Position numbers and translations under genes: made by a program. A stretch of 63,949 bases of DNA, the filler included, from Craspedostauros australis (lineage: Eukaryota): assembly GCA_030167865.1 (NCBI GenBank). It is 9 parts of 9 records of this genome, joined end to end, with 100 filler letters (N's around TTAATTAATTAA, not from the genome) between each part and the next. Parts side by side here need not be neighbours in the genome. Positions count along the whole stretch, not along the records: positions 28,270 to 48,265 come from JALAGF010003196.1; 8 more parts are not named here. One strand, written 5' to 3'. The notes under the pieces were generated by a model. It did no database searches and was not told where the DNA came from. It saw only the letters and a program-made list of their open reading frames with translations. Below, piece by piece: positions 34,515-45,647 of this stretch (the first letter of the stretch is position 1; each line of letters starts with the position of its first letter).

Positions 34515-36539
34515 CTACGTGCTGGCACTCCCGGTTCCGTCGGCACCATCTCCGCTGCCGGCACGGAACTCCCAGAGCTTGCCGAAGTCGCCCGTCAGAA
34601 TGGCTTTCGTGACAACGAGCCCCACCATGGACGGCACGATGAAGAGAAGTGCTGGAAGTCCTGTGGTTGAGATAGTCGGTGCGAATTCACAAGCGGCACA
34701 GCCCACCACGTAACCGACGATGCTCGTTGCGAACAGCGAGGATGGCTCTGGTTTCGATGCATCAGCACCATCCGCTCCTGTGGTTGATGGAATCCCGGCG
34801 TCTTCGTTTTGCCGTTGGATCCATGTTTCCGTGTCGTATCGGCGGCAGAAGATGGCCAGCAAGGACGGAAAGACTGCATCGCCAAGCCCCAGCGCACCGC
34901 CCAACCTGCTCTCGATCTTCGTCACCAGGAGACCCGGTTGGAATGACGACGATGTGAGTTTCTGCATGGCCACCGACGCCATTGCCGAGCTGGGCTTTGC
35001 ATCTCCCGGGCCCGCCGCAGACAGTGACAACGACGGGAGGTCTGATAATGACCAGGCTGGATCGAGGCCGTCGAAAGGATCAGTCAGAAGCTGTGCCGTC
35101 GAAATGGCGCTCTCGGTTGGAATGTACGCATCACCAATGGACATGGCAGAATCAGCGGTGGCCGTCGATGCCGTCGATGCCATCTGCTCCATCAACGACA
35201 CGGCACCAGCCGGTGCCACCCAGAACACGGACGCCACGTCGTACAGCACCAGAAGACTCAACGCACCCATAACGGCAGGGAATCGATCCAGCTGGATGGA
35301 CCGTGCCACCAGTATGGCCAGCGCCATGTTGATGAAGTTCTGCGCCTGCCAGCACGACGGCACAGCGAGGAAGGCAGCGGCAGTCACGATGACAGCCAGT
35401 GACCATTCAGCTATAGCGACGGGTTCGAAGGAATCGATGTCCTCTTCAACGCCACGATTGCTATTGCCAGCGATGAATTGGGATGGTAGCAGTTCGCTCA
35501 TGAGACGCCGGATCTCGCTCCTTGAGAACATGGTGAGCAAGGCAGCATTCCACAGTTGGCTTATGGTGGCGACATTCTGTTCCAACCAAGCCTTGATAGA
35601 AGTGACGAATTCCGTTGCACCGCCGAACGGCATCATGGAATCCTCCTGATCCAGCATGGGCTTTACAGCGTCAAGGTCCCACAGCTGCAGGAAGAAGACG
35701 GATGACGCCAACAGCGCCGTGACGACCAGCGGCAGGATGAGCGCCTGCGACTCGCTCGACACGCTATTCAACGAATCTTGTATACCGCTGTCTTCGAACA
35801 GTGCGCGCACGGCGCGTGATGACTTGGATGGAGATTGCTGCAACACCTCGGTATTTGCAGACGACGACGATTGCATCTGATTCGGCACGGATGGAGCATC
35901 CAACGTTGGACGCGCAAGCAGCTCCTCCGTGAGATCTTGGATGCGTTGCCCGAGTGCAGTGCTATCGCCCGATCCTCTTATGGCCGCCAGTACTACAATC
36001 GTTGTGGACAAGGCGTACAGATACGCCCTGTTGCCAACAAATAACGCTGTCACCACGGCCAGCTGCTCGGCTGAATTCGGTGGCAGAGATCTGGCGACTT
36101 CCACGAGCCAAGGAAACACGTACGAAATGAATGGCAATGATATCATGAGGATGGATGGCATCGCCGACGAAAACTGTCGCAGCCATTGCGAACTATCAGT
36201 GTCGTCATCAGTATCGTTGCTATTGCTGTTGCTGTTGGCATTCCTTCTGGCCTGAAGGACACCGAGACGACGTGCTCCTGATGTGCTTGTGGAATGACGG
36301 ATGTTCGTGAATCCAGCAGCCACTGGGGGTGCAACGGATCGAGGCAAACCCGAGCTCCGATCAGATGGAAATCGAGTGTACAGCTGCAGATGAGCTGGAT
36401 CCGAAGCTATTGGAACTGTCACGGAGGACGCGAAAGTTCGGGCGACACCCTCGGCAGGTTTGGTGACGAAGGCATTGCAAGGATGCAGTCGCAGCACCAG
36501 CACGAGGAAGGACCACGGTGCACAATCGGTGGCTCTCAT
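34515..36539 (-). CDS. Signal peptide peptidase-like intramembrane aspartyl protease (A22B) with bipartite plastid-targeting-like presequence
   Basis: Catalytic LLVLYD (about 35240), LGLGDAVFP (about 34880) and GLPALLFIVP (about 34650). The N-terminus MRATDCAPWSFLVLVLRLHPCNA-FV resembles ASA-F, followed by an S/R-rich transit-like stretch. Confidence 0.88.
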   Translation of the reverse strand: MRATDCAPWSFLVLVLRLHPCNAFVTKPAEGVARTFASSVTVPIASDPAHLQLYTRFPSDRSSGLPRSVAPPVAAGFTNIRHSTSTSGARRLGVLQARRNANSNSNSNDTDDDTDSSQWLRQFSSAMPSILMISLPFISYVFPWLVEVARSLPPNSAEQLAVVTALFVGNRAYLYALSTTIVVLAAIRGSGDSTALGQRIQDLTEELLARPTLDAPSVPNQMQSSSSANTEVLQQSPSKSSRAVRALFEDSGIQDSLNSVSSESQALILPLVVTALLASSVFFLQLWDLDAVKPMLDQEDSMMPFGGATEFVTSIKAWLEQNVATISQLWNAALLTMFSRSEIRRLMSELLPSQFIAGNSNRGVEEDIDSFEPVAIAEWSLAVIVTAAAFLAVPSCWQAQNFINMALAILVARSIQLDRFPAVMGALSLLVLYDVASVFWVAPAGAVSLMEQMASTASTATADSAMSIGDAYIPTESAISTAQLLTDPFDGLDPAWSLSDLPSLSLSAAGPGDAKPSSAMASVAMQKLTSSSFQPGLLVTKIESRLGGALGLGDAVFPSLLAIFCRRYDTETWIQRQNEDAGIPSTTGADGADASKPEPSSLFATSIVGYVVGCAACEFAPTISTTGLPALLFIVPSMVGLVVTKAILTGDFGKLWEFRAGSGDGADGTGSAST

Positions 36540-37204
36540 TGTCCTTCGCAAACTTCGCAAGTGCAGTGTGATGATAGTGTGCACTCGTTCTGCTATTCCG
36601 GCAGTCTAATGATCTTGCACGAGTATTCACAGTTGGCTGATTGATTGTGCACGCTCGTTGGGGGAGCCTCACACGTTGTGCCGATGGCGAGATCTGGATT
36701 TGCGAGGTTTGTTGATGTGTCTTCGATGATTCCGACGCAGAAATCATGACAACAAACGCACGAGCATTTGTGGTTTTGTGTGGTTTGGGAATGAAATGAT
36801 GGAGTTGTTTTATTCGAAGGGGTCATTCTTGAGCCAATCTCCAAACGTGTTCTGATGTTGTTCTCGCAAACGTGTGCCATCAATCACCCACCAACGCAAT
36901 TCTCAGCAACAGCTAACCAAAGATACGAAGAAGCTCAACTGCGTCTATCAGCAGATGCCGAGCACAGAGAGGAGCAACCCTGCTGCAACATACCGTACGA
37001 TAGAGGGTCTACCTCGTACATTGAATGTATGTGCATATCCATAGCTACTCATCGATACGTTGCTACTTCTGACTCCTTCTTCGCCTAGCTTGGGTTGCGC
37101 ACGTTGATTGCTGAAGAGGCGCAGAACGGCACGGCGCACACAGGCGTGACTTCCATGGAAGGCATCAAGTGCCAGCTTCCGCTGCGATAGCTTCTGCGAT
37201 CGCC

Positions 37205-38593
37205 ATGAAGAGCTCCAGCAAGAACGCGGAGATGGATGCCAGCAAGAAAAGCAGGAGATACCATGCTGGCACTGAGGCTGTGCACGAGGAGACGGTGAAG
37301 AAGCGCTTGAGCGAGGTCGGATTGGATGGGAAGCAAGGCAATGCGAGACATGCTTCTTTGCGGCGTGCCAGTGTGATGATCCTCATTGTGTTCTTTCCGC
37401 AGCAATCTGGTGGCAATGCACGGGCATCCGTTGGTGCAAACGACCAGGAAGATGCAAGCGACGGCCACAAGAATGAGCTCGTTCCGTACCTTCTTCTGAC
37501 CAAACGCCCAGAGAAGATGAAATCTCATCCCGGACAGGTCTGCTTTCCCGGGGGCAAACAGGATGAAGCCGATGGCAACGACGATGTGTTCACTGCCGTG
37601 CGAGAAACATGGGAGGAGGTCGGTATTCGGCTACTTTATGGCGACTCGCGAACGACTAGTGCTCTCACAGAATCTGCCGAGGCTTCAACCAGGACGATAG
37701 GTCGCGCTGACCAGCTTCCGCAGCAGCAGCATGCAGAACAACAGCAGCAGGCGGAACAACAGGCTGAGCAAGGTGGGAAAGAACCAACCAAGTATCCCAT
37801 GGAGTTGCTCTGTCAACTCCCGACGGTGGAAAGCAGCAGCCATCTATGCGTGACTGCCGTCGTCGGTTGCTTGCAATGGAAAGAAGGCACAGCTGATCCC
37901 AACATGACACAAAAGGCCTTCCTGGACAACCTCAAGCTGTCCGAGGATGAGGTCGAGGCTGCCTTCTTGACGCCATTGTCAACATTTCTGGAGGAACATG
38001 AAACGCAGGAGATTGTGTGGCAAGGCGAACCCTTCACCATGCGCACATTCCACTGGATGGATCCACACCACCAGCGCAGCTTTCGTATTTGGGGTCTCAC
38101 GGCCGCGCTATCTCATTGGGTGGCCAAGATCGCGTTGCACGATGAATTCCCTCGGGAGCTGGGCGGCTATCTGCATGCATCTACCAATGGCAGCGCGGCG
38201 CCTGTTAAGCCAGCCTCCAACGACAACAGCAGTCTGACTGGCTACCTGTGGAGGTCATCCGACGAGTCATTGTCGACCAAGCACTGGAAGCGTTTTTACT
38301 ACGCGCTGGAGAACGGAATGTTACACCAGTACGACTCCGAACAGCAATACCTTCGGAAGCGGGCATCCGCGAACAAGAAGAATCGACTCGTCTTACATGA
38401 TGTTGCAGTCGCCCATGCTGCTGGAACGAAGCAGGAGCAGGGCCACGCCAGCAGCGTAGACGGAGACGTGAAGATGCCATTCGAAGTGAGTGTTTTGGAT
38501 GGGAGAGTGCGCTGGTACCTCGCAGCAGATAGCCGAAAGGAGAGGAATGAATGGACCGAGCGACTGGGCGGCAAGCTCCCGTCATCATCGTAA
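37205..38593 (+). CDS. Nudix hydrolase (CoA pyrophosphatase, NUDT7/NUDT8/PCD1-like) fused to a C-terminal PH domain
   Basis: LLTKRPEKMKSHPGQVCFPGGK, TAVRETWEEVG (Nudix box) and RIWGLTA; then TGYLWR...WKRFYYALENGMLHQY...FEVSV...WYLAADSRKERNEWTERL (PH pattern). Confidence 0.9.
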   Translation: MKSSSKNAEMDASKKSRRYHAGTEAVHEETVKKRLSEVGLDGKQGNARHASLRRASVMILIVFFPQQSGGNARASVGANDQEDASDGHKNELVPYLLLTKRPEKMKSHPGQVCFPGGKQDEADGNDDVFTAVRETWEEVGIRLLYGDSRTTSALTESAEASTRTIGRADQLPQQQHAEQQQQAEQQAEQGGKEPTKYPMELLCQLPTVESSSHLCVTAVVGCLQWKEGTADPNMTQKAFLDNLKLSEDEVEAAFLTPLSTFLEEHETQEIVWQGEPFTMRTFHWMDPHHQRSFRIWGLTAALSHWVAKIALHDEFPRELGGYLHASTNGSAAPVKPASNDNSSLTGYLWRSSDESLSTKHWKRFYYALENGMLHQYDSEQQYLRKRASANKKNRLVLHDVAVAHAAGTKQEQGHASSVDGDVKMPFEVSVLDGRVRWYLAADSRKERNEWTERLGGKLPSSS

Positions 38594-39181
38594 CGACGGT
38601 GGAGCTTGATGGAGGTCGAACTGAGTTGTATCGAACTGAGAAGTGCACAAGTCCTTTTTTGTGGCTGGCAACGAGGCGATCCATTAGGTTGATGAGTTTT
38701 ACTCTATTATGTATTATACATCGTGTGTAAGGCTGCACTCGTACATTGTTGGTTGCACTTTTGTGGTGTGTTTCTGAGTTATGTGCTGTGCCATTCTTCT
38801 CCACTGAAGAGAGAGAGAGAGAGAGAGAGGGTTCAATCGCATGTGTCATTGTGCTCTTCCTCGTGCTTGTCATTGCATTTCAATTCGGTCAATGCCAGCC
38901 TGGCGCTAGGTGCCTCGCGTGTTGCAGTGGTATGAAGGTGCACAGTGGTGCGGCTCGAGTTGCTCACTCCTCGCACGATGACGTCCGTCAACTTCTGTCA
39001 GATGTGCATCGCTGCATGATCCGTATGGTTCACAGGAATGTAACCGAAACGGTGCGGTTGGAATTGCCTTTGCTTTTCATGGCGCATCGTAGTTTGCGAG
39101 GGGCGCTTTCATCCATCCAGTCCTCCAACCGTTGCACGTAGAGTGGTTTGCTTCGCTTGCTTCTGTTTCGGCGCGCCTTTC

Positions 39182-39880
39182 TCAAATGATGCTTTGTTTT
39201 TCTTGTCTATCGTGTATTCGTATTCTACATGTACATGCATTTCTGGGATCTCACCTGATATGTTGCTGTTGATTGTCGTCGGATCGCTTGCGCAATGTTT
39301 GAGCGTTGCGGAACGTGGCACTGGTTCCGAGAAGCAACGCCCTGCGATTGCTGTTGGGTTTTGTATGGTGTATGAGTATAATGGTATGGAATCAGTCTTT
39401 ACTTCTTGGCTGGTGCCTGCTTCTCGTCCCCGTCAGACGGTGTGCTGTCAGCATCGCGAAGTGTATCGTCGACCACCCAAACCCAGCCTGTTGATGCATT
39501 GCACCCAAGTGTGGCGGTCAAGCAGGATAATGCAATATAATAGGACGCAAGATAATCACAAGAGGAGAGAAGAAGCAAAGTTGAAGTTAGCACTCTGAGT
39601 TGAATCGAGGTGAAGTGAGATACAGAGCACTCCTCATGCAACACTCACCTCTGCGACGTTGGCTGAACGTGGTGGGACCCGGGACGACGTGGAGCGTGGC
39701 CTCTTTCTCAGGGTTGGTGAACGTGTACCGCGGTTGCGACTTGTGATGTTGCGCCGAGTAGGCCTTGTTGGCATCCGTCTCAAGCAGAAACTTCGTCCTG
39801 CCAGCCGAAGCGGCAGCAATGAGAGACGAGATGGTGCAGAGCAGCAGCAACAGGCTGCGGAGGCTGGGAGTTGCAATCAT
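39182..39880 (-). CDS. Small secreted hypothetical protein, predicted 4 exons (39880-39649, 39487-39403, 39341-39255, 39206-39182)
   Basis: Signal peptide MIATPSLRSLLLLLCTISSLIAAASA. GT-AG sites join the exons in frame (...SQRRR/GWVWVVDD...PAKK/ALLLGTSATF...HIR/QEKQSII*). Confidence 0.5.
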
Positions 39881-41356
39881 GATGATGATGACTGTGATTG
39901 TGCGAGTGTTGATGGCGTGGCCGGTTGTTGTTTGATTGCTTCTGTTGTTGATGTTATGGTTGCGTGTTTGTGAGACCGATGCACTCTGTGGGTATGGCAG
40001 TTCCTCTGACTACAGTGACTGTTGTGTGGTGAACGCGTGGCGAAGACAAGTCAGCAGCTCTTGCAAACCCGAACAATCCTGATGGTGTCCTCTCTTTCTC
40101 TCTCTCTCTCTCTGTCTTCGTCTGGTTGATGGATCAATCCCACAGTCTCAGCAGTGGTGGAGTCAAGGGGAGGAGAAGCAGAGCACGGAGCACTTGTGTG
40201 ATGATTGGAACACGCTGGTACTTGGCTTCGTCTTTGCGTCAATTGTGTCTGGGTTCTTCTTCGTCGCGCCAGATTGCTCTTGGCGTTGGACAATGGCGAT
40301 GAGCGATCAGAAGGGACGAGAGGCGATGAGAAGAGGTGAGCGACGGATGGGAAACCGATGAGAAGTGTGTGTGCGTTCGACTATGGAGGCAAGGAGAAGA
40401 AGAGTGTCGGACAGAGAGATGGTGTTTTCGCGAGAACGCATTTCTCGTTTGGCACGCAGCTCTGGCTACGACAATGTACCTACTCAAATGCCGTCTCACA
40501 ACAACGAAGAAACGTACGTATCACCAACAGCTACGTGTGCAATGACCGCTACCGGTTGGGTGGTTCGCGGTGGGCGGTTTGGATTTGCATCGTTTTTGGA
40601 ACCAACATGATGTGATGATGGTTCGTTGATAAAACTTCGTGATGGACAGCAGACACGACACCTTCTGGTGTAATCGTGTCTGCTGACGTCTTCCGTCCAA
40701 CCAGAACACAATCAAATGTCCGACGATTTCATGATAGCCCGTTACACATATGACACCATAATCGAACATCAATCGCACCAATAAAACGTCTGCACGCCAA
40801 CAGTTCTGTCGTTCTTCGTTCGCTCCTCCTTGAACTTCAAATAACACGTTCTTTGTGTCACCAAAGTGAGAATGATCGGCGTCACAATGAGAACAGATCA
40901 ACCACAACGTGACGCCGTGGTCCCCGATTGTGCGAACCAATCAATTCTCATTGTTTCTGGTCAGGGGGAAAACGAAACGACAAAGATTCGATCGGCCACC
41001 AGGATCCTGTTGGTGCTGTCAATGGTGGTGGTGGTCTGGACATGGCAGAGGAGCCCAGACCATCGGAATCACCCAAGGAGGAGGAGGCATCCCACACACA
41101 TCACACACTCGGGCCCTTTGGTTGATCGACCCTCGGCCATTCCACTCCAAGTCAACAATCAACAGAGAAGGCGAGAGAGAGAGAGAGAGAGAAAGAGCTG
41201 TCTCTTTACGCCATCCTTTGACTCGCAACCATCCGAAACCTCTCGCGTGTCAACCTTCCTGTGCAGAGCCAAGCTGAGTTCAACCAACGCTGAGCTGAAC
41301 TGGCTGAGCGCTGCTTCGTACCATACAATACCATACGGGACGCAACGCAACGCAAC

Positions 41357-42235
41357 ATGCATGCGACAATCGAAGCGATGCTGCGCAGGGAGAAGTCTGT
41401 GTCGGACGTCATTGGGTCGTACTTGTACCACCGATCGATACAGCTGGAGCAGAATGTGATGATGGACGTGCTGCAGGAGGATGGCATAGCCGCAACGTAC
41501 TGCGAGCCGACGATGAAAGACTTCCGAGCTTGTTTCAATCAGGAAATGCAGCGGCAGGTGAATGCCAACGACAAAGACAAGAATAACAACAGCAACAGCA
41601 GCAGGAGCGGCGGCAGTGCCGATGTCGACGCCGATTCGGATCAGGATCTCGCTCAGCGCATTTCGCGGAACAAGTGTGGTAGGCAGTATTGGAAATCTCA
41701 CGGATGCGGCACATTGCTGTCAACGTCGTTGATGGTGTCATGCGAGCATGTGCTGCACCAGACGAGGATGGATACGCTGGTGAAGGGCAACATGGAGGAG
41801 AGCATGAAGTCGATCAACTCCAAAAATAACAGCGGCAGTGTCGGCGACGACGCTCGAGGGAATGCTGGGATCTATGGGAAACCCAGCGATGAGGATGAAA
41901 GGCGGCTGAAGGCGTTCACCACGCGACTGAACGCGGACTATCGCAAATGCTTGAGACGGACGATGGCTGACGCAGATTCCATGAAACGGCGTCGGCCAAG
42001 ATCAAACGCAAAGGCAAACCCAGACGGCGGCGACAACATGGCAACGCCAAGCTCGTTTTGGTCCCGATTCCAGAGGACGCAAAAGCCGCAACTTGGCAAC
42101 CCAGACGTCGCCGAGTATCCGGATCCGATCGTAGCAGGAAGTACGTCGCAGATGGTCGAAAGGGCCGTGGAGCGGCACACGCAGGAAGAGGGAGCGACGT
42201 CATTCGACGACATGGCCTCCATGTTGTTGGTATGA
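41357..42235 (+). CDS. Hypothetical protein with twin CX9C motifs; start uncertain, an upstream exon is possible
   Basis: CEPTMKDFRAC (41501-41533) and CGRQYWKSHGC (41675-41707) in a 292-codon ORF with coding-like composition. Confidence 0.6.
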   Translation: MHATIEAMLRREKSVSDVIGSYLYHRSIQLEQNVMMDVLQEDGIAATYCEPTMKDFRACFNQEMQRQVNANDKDKNNNSNSSRSGGSADVDADSDQDLAQRISRNKCGRQYWKSHGCGTLLSTSLMVSCEHVLHQTRMDTLVKGNMEESMKSINSKNNSGSVGDDARGNAGIYGKPSDEDERRLKAFTTRLNADYRKCLRRTMADADSMKRRRPRSNAKANPDGGDNMATPSSFWSRFQRTQKPQLGNPDVAEYPDPIVAGSTSQMVERAVERHTQEEGATSFDDMASMLLV

Positions 42236-44393
42236 TCTGCGTGAGTGCGGTGATTGGCGAGAGAGCGCCAGCATCCGAAAAAACAACAACACTGAGGCAA
42301 AAACCGCCACGGGCTGGTTCTGTCTTCGGATTTGTGCTCCACCCCCTCTTGTTTGCTCGAAATGCGATTCCAAAGACGGTGAGCGAAGCTGGGTTGTAGA
42401 ACATCAGAACGCATTGGAGCTCCGGTTCGGATTGCCCACGTGACGTTGGGCACAAGCGTCGAAGCTTATCGGCTGTGCCGAGAACACACCCTGCCATCTT
42501 CAACCTCAGCGCATTCTCCGCCCTGCTCACCATTCCCGTGCTGTCACTCGGGGACAGCGAAACTACGAACCACGTACTAAGAGCTAAACCAAGCCGAATG
42601 AAGAACAAAATTCTTCTCCATCAGAAAAGAGAATCTCTGGCCGAAGGACAAGCAAAGTGCCAGCACTATCAGTAATGCTGTTATCACGTTCGTGCTCCTC
42701 GACGCTTCACTCTTCCACCACCCTCTGTTTTTACTCTTCGTCCAAACAGCGCCATGTCCGCGTTGGCGCGGTACCGTCTCCTGAAAGAAAGCGCGAGCGC
42801 GAAACTGCGCGAACCACTTGCTCCGCGATGTCATGACAGTCAAAAAGAGGCCAATTTGACGATCGTGATGATGCTGGTGAGTCTCTGGAGACCGTTTCCC
42901 ACAGGGCTGCCGATCTGCCACCTCCGCAGGTGCATGGCACGCAGAGCGAGACCATCAACACGCCNNNNNNNNNNNNNNNCTCTTTCTGCTCTCGCTCTCT
43001 CTCCATGACAACACAGGGAAGCAAAAGCACGAAAGCCGCTCCTATCGACGAATGTTGCATGTACTTTCTCACAGAGTAGGCAGAGAAGAGCAGAGTACGT
43101 TGGTTGTCCTCTGCTCTGCTCAACTCCACGATATCGTTTCACTCTGCTCTATCTTCCTTTTCTCTAGTCTCCAGTTTCGTTCCAAAAATGCACTTTGTGA
43201 TTCTCCCGGCTCTGAGTACCAATCATCCATTGCGCGAGCACATGAACGAATAAATGAGCGAAAGAAGCGAAGCCTTTTGGGGGGATATGGGTCTTCCACG
43301 ACAAGCAACACAGTACCCTCCTCTACTCGTAGTCTATAGCCTTGTGCTTATCGCCTGTATTGGACTCTTCCCACGTGGCATATTCCTTTGACAAATAGCG
43401 CATCACCTCCACGCGAGAACTCCGATGATCTGCTTCTCGTTTGTACCAACCGTGCGAGAAACTTGAGCTGTTCCATACCGGTTCGTTTGCATCGGTTCGC
43501 GTTTGTCTCCGAAAAAGGTCGAATAGTTCGGAGAAGCCCAAGGACACGTTGTGCAACGAACTGTCGCAGGCGCTACTCTGATAGTACTTGCATGCGATTT
43601 TAAGTGGTGGGACGCACCACAGAAGGCAGAGTCGACGAGTGAATCACACCACTCAGATTCCTGCATGGATGTTTGTATTCGGCCAGCGGAGCGAAAAGAA
43701 CGATCTGAAGGAACTCGATTGGAGCGAGACCACCAAAGGCTCTCGAGCCAACATAGAGGCATCATGCGTTATGTATCCATGACCACCCTGGAGCGTCACA
43801 CTCTCCATGTCGCAAGTGATATTTTGCTCCCGTTCGGGTTGGCGTAGTCGTTGTTCTCACATTTTGCCCAACGAAAGCGTCCGTTTCGGCTGCCGATGAG
43901 AGTTGCGAATGCCACAGGAATCGAGGCCAGTCATGGAGCAGACTGCCGATGATAGTTGCGTGTGGGCGCAGCTGCGGCAGCCGGTGACGGCGATGAAAAC
44001 GACAGGGAGGAACGACGGAAGCTATGAAGGAGAGTGAAGCGAGCCATTTAGTCTCCGTCTCTCGGTTCATGGAGTTGACGACTGTATGTAGTTGCTCCTA
44101 TGCCTATGCTCGGATGTGCCCTGTCTCTTTCGAGGTACTCTGTGAAGCATCCGCCACTAGCCCTTGGCCGTGGCACTCTTGGGAGTACTTGGACCCAACC
44201 TAAACTGGAAGTAATGTCGAGTATGCAATAACGTATGATACTATATGGAGTACTTGGGAAGCATAGTCGTAACAATGTAACGTCTGGTATAGTAACCCCT
44301 CTCTGCCTCTGCACTGTGCCATTCCATGCTCCACACAGCGTGTCTGGCGGCAGACGAATGAATGCAGGAATGCATGGATTGATGGATTTTCTC

Positions 44394-45647
44394 TCATGCA
44401 GCACCGGCTGATCGAGAAGACGATTTCACTGCCGTTTGGTGTTGGGCGGCAGCAGCAGCATGGTTGATGGCAGAGCCGTGATCAACAGCCATGACAAGTG
44501 CGCCCACGATGTTGGTGGCCGTCACTGAGGAGGAAGAAGAAGACGGCTTCTGCGTATCAGCGGCTTGTTCCGCTGCATGGTGTGTGGCTGCCGATGGCAA
44601 CGGTTGGCTGATTGGGAATATGGATCCAGCGCAGACTGGCGTGACTGTCGTTTGAGCACCGCAATGATGCGTCACCGTCGTGAACTGGACGCTCCACGGC
44701 AGCGGTGGCCGTGTCTGCGTGGAGCCTTGCGGCCGTTGCGTGTTTGCCGTGGCCTCGCGCAGTCGCAGCGTGGCCTGGTGGATGAAGAATAGCATGACCT
44801 CGTCCGGACCGACCCGCATGGTGGTTTCTGTACCAGGCACGCGCATGATGTGAGTGGGTGCCGAATGGGGTTTCTTGTGAAGCTCCGTCCGTGCATGTCG
44901 CAACGCGATGTGGCATTGATTGTACCTTTGAGAGTGGAGGTAGATCATGGCGACATCGTACCACGCCATGGCCATGGCAGAGGATGAGAGCGCCTTGGGA
45001 TCTCGGGAGATGTTGAGGAGAAGGAGCCTGCAGGCGACGTCCAATTTGCCGAGCAGCAGCGAGACGTGCGCCAGCCGCTGCCGGATCTGTGCCGAGTACG
45101 GTTGGAAAGGGTTGTTGCGTTGGCGGATCTGGTCGATGTCAGCCTTGTCAGCATTGCTCGTGCTGTTGTTAGTGCTGTTGCTAGTGCTGTTGTTAGTGAC
45201 GGAAGTGGTGTTATGCTGCCCACGCCATCTCTGGACGCTCCTGTAGGCATCGCGCAGGACGGATTCGACCTGCACCAGGGCTTGGCGCTGTTGGCGTTGC
45301 TGGGATCGGGAGTCCATCTCCGCTTCATCGTTGCTGTTGCCGTTGTCCTTGCCGTTGTCCTTGCCGTTGTCCTTGCTGCTGCCGTTGATGTGGACGGTGG
45401 CAGCAGCCTCGGCGTCCGAGTTGATCGAGTTGAGGAGATCGTCGGCCACTTGCATCATCTCGCAGGCCTTCTGGATGCGCTCGTCGGTCTTGCGGCTAAT
45501 GATGTCATGCTTGGTGTCATCGTGTTCGCCGTCGTCGCTTGATGGCTGTCTAGCCTGTCTGGCCTGTGTTGCTGGTGCTGCGTGCACGTTGCTAGTTTGT
45601 TGCTGCGTCATGGTCACGATGGTAGGCGCTGTTGGATTTTTCAGCAT
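44394..45647 (-). CDS. Hypothetical protein with TPR-like helices and low-complexity flanks
   Basis: AQIRQRLAHVSLLLGKLDVACRLLL and AMAWYDVAMIYLHSQRYNQCHIALRHA fit the TPR pattern; 417-codon ORF. Confidence 0.65.
   Translation of the reverse strand: MLKNPTAPTIVTMTQQQTSNVHAAPATQARQARQPSSDDGEHDDTKHDIISRKTDERIQKACEMMQVADDLLNSINSDAEAAATVHINGSSKDNGKDNGKDNGNSNDEAEMDSRSQQRQQRQALVQVESVLRDAYRSVQRWRGQHNTTSVTNNSTSNSTNNSTSNADKADIDQIRQRNNPFQPYSAQIRQRLAHVSLLLGKLDVACRLLLLNISRDPKALSSSAMAMAWYDVAMIYLHSQRYNQCHIALRHARTELHKKPHSAPTHIMRVPGTETTMRVGPDEVMLFFIHQATLRLREATANTQRPQGSTQTRPPLPWSVQFTTVTHHCGAQTTVTPVCAGSIFPISQPLPSAATHHAAEQAADTQKPSSSSSSVTATNIVGALVMAVDHGSAINHAAAAAQHQTAVKSSSRSAGAA

Noticed and set aside
34720..35649. 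309-aa plus-strand ORF
   Set aside because: Antisense to the SPP-like protease.
42240..44390. Short ORFs such as 43323-43556 in long intergenic stretches (also 20990-22300, 31700-34300, 45800-47800)
   Set aside because: No motifs, splice-consistent models or homologs within the window; cannot be supported without searches.
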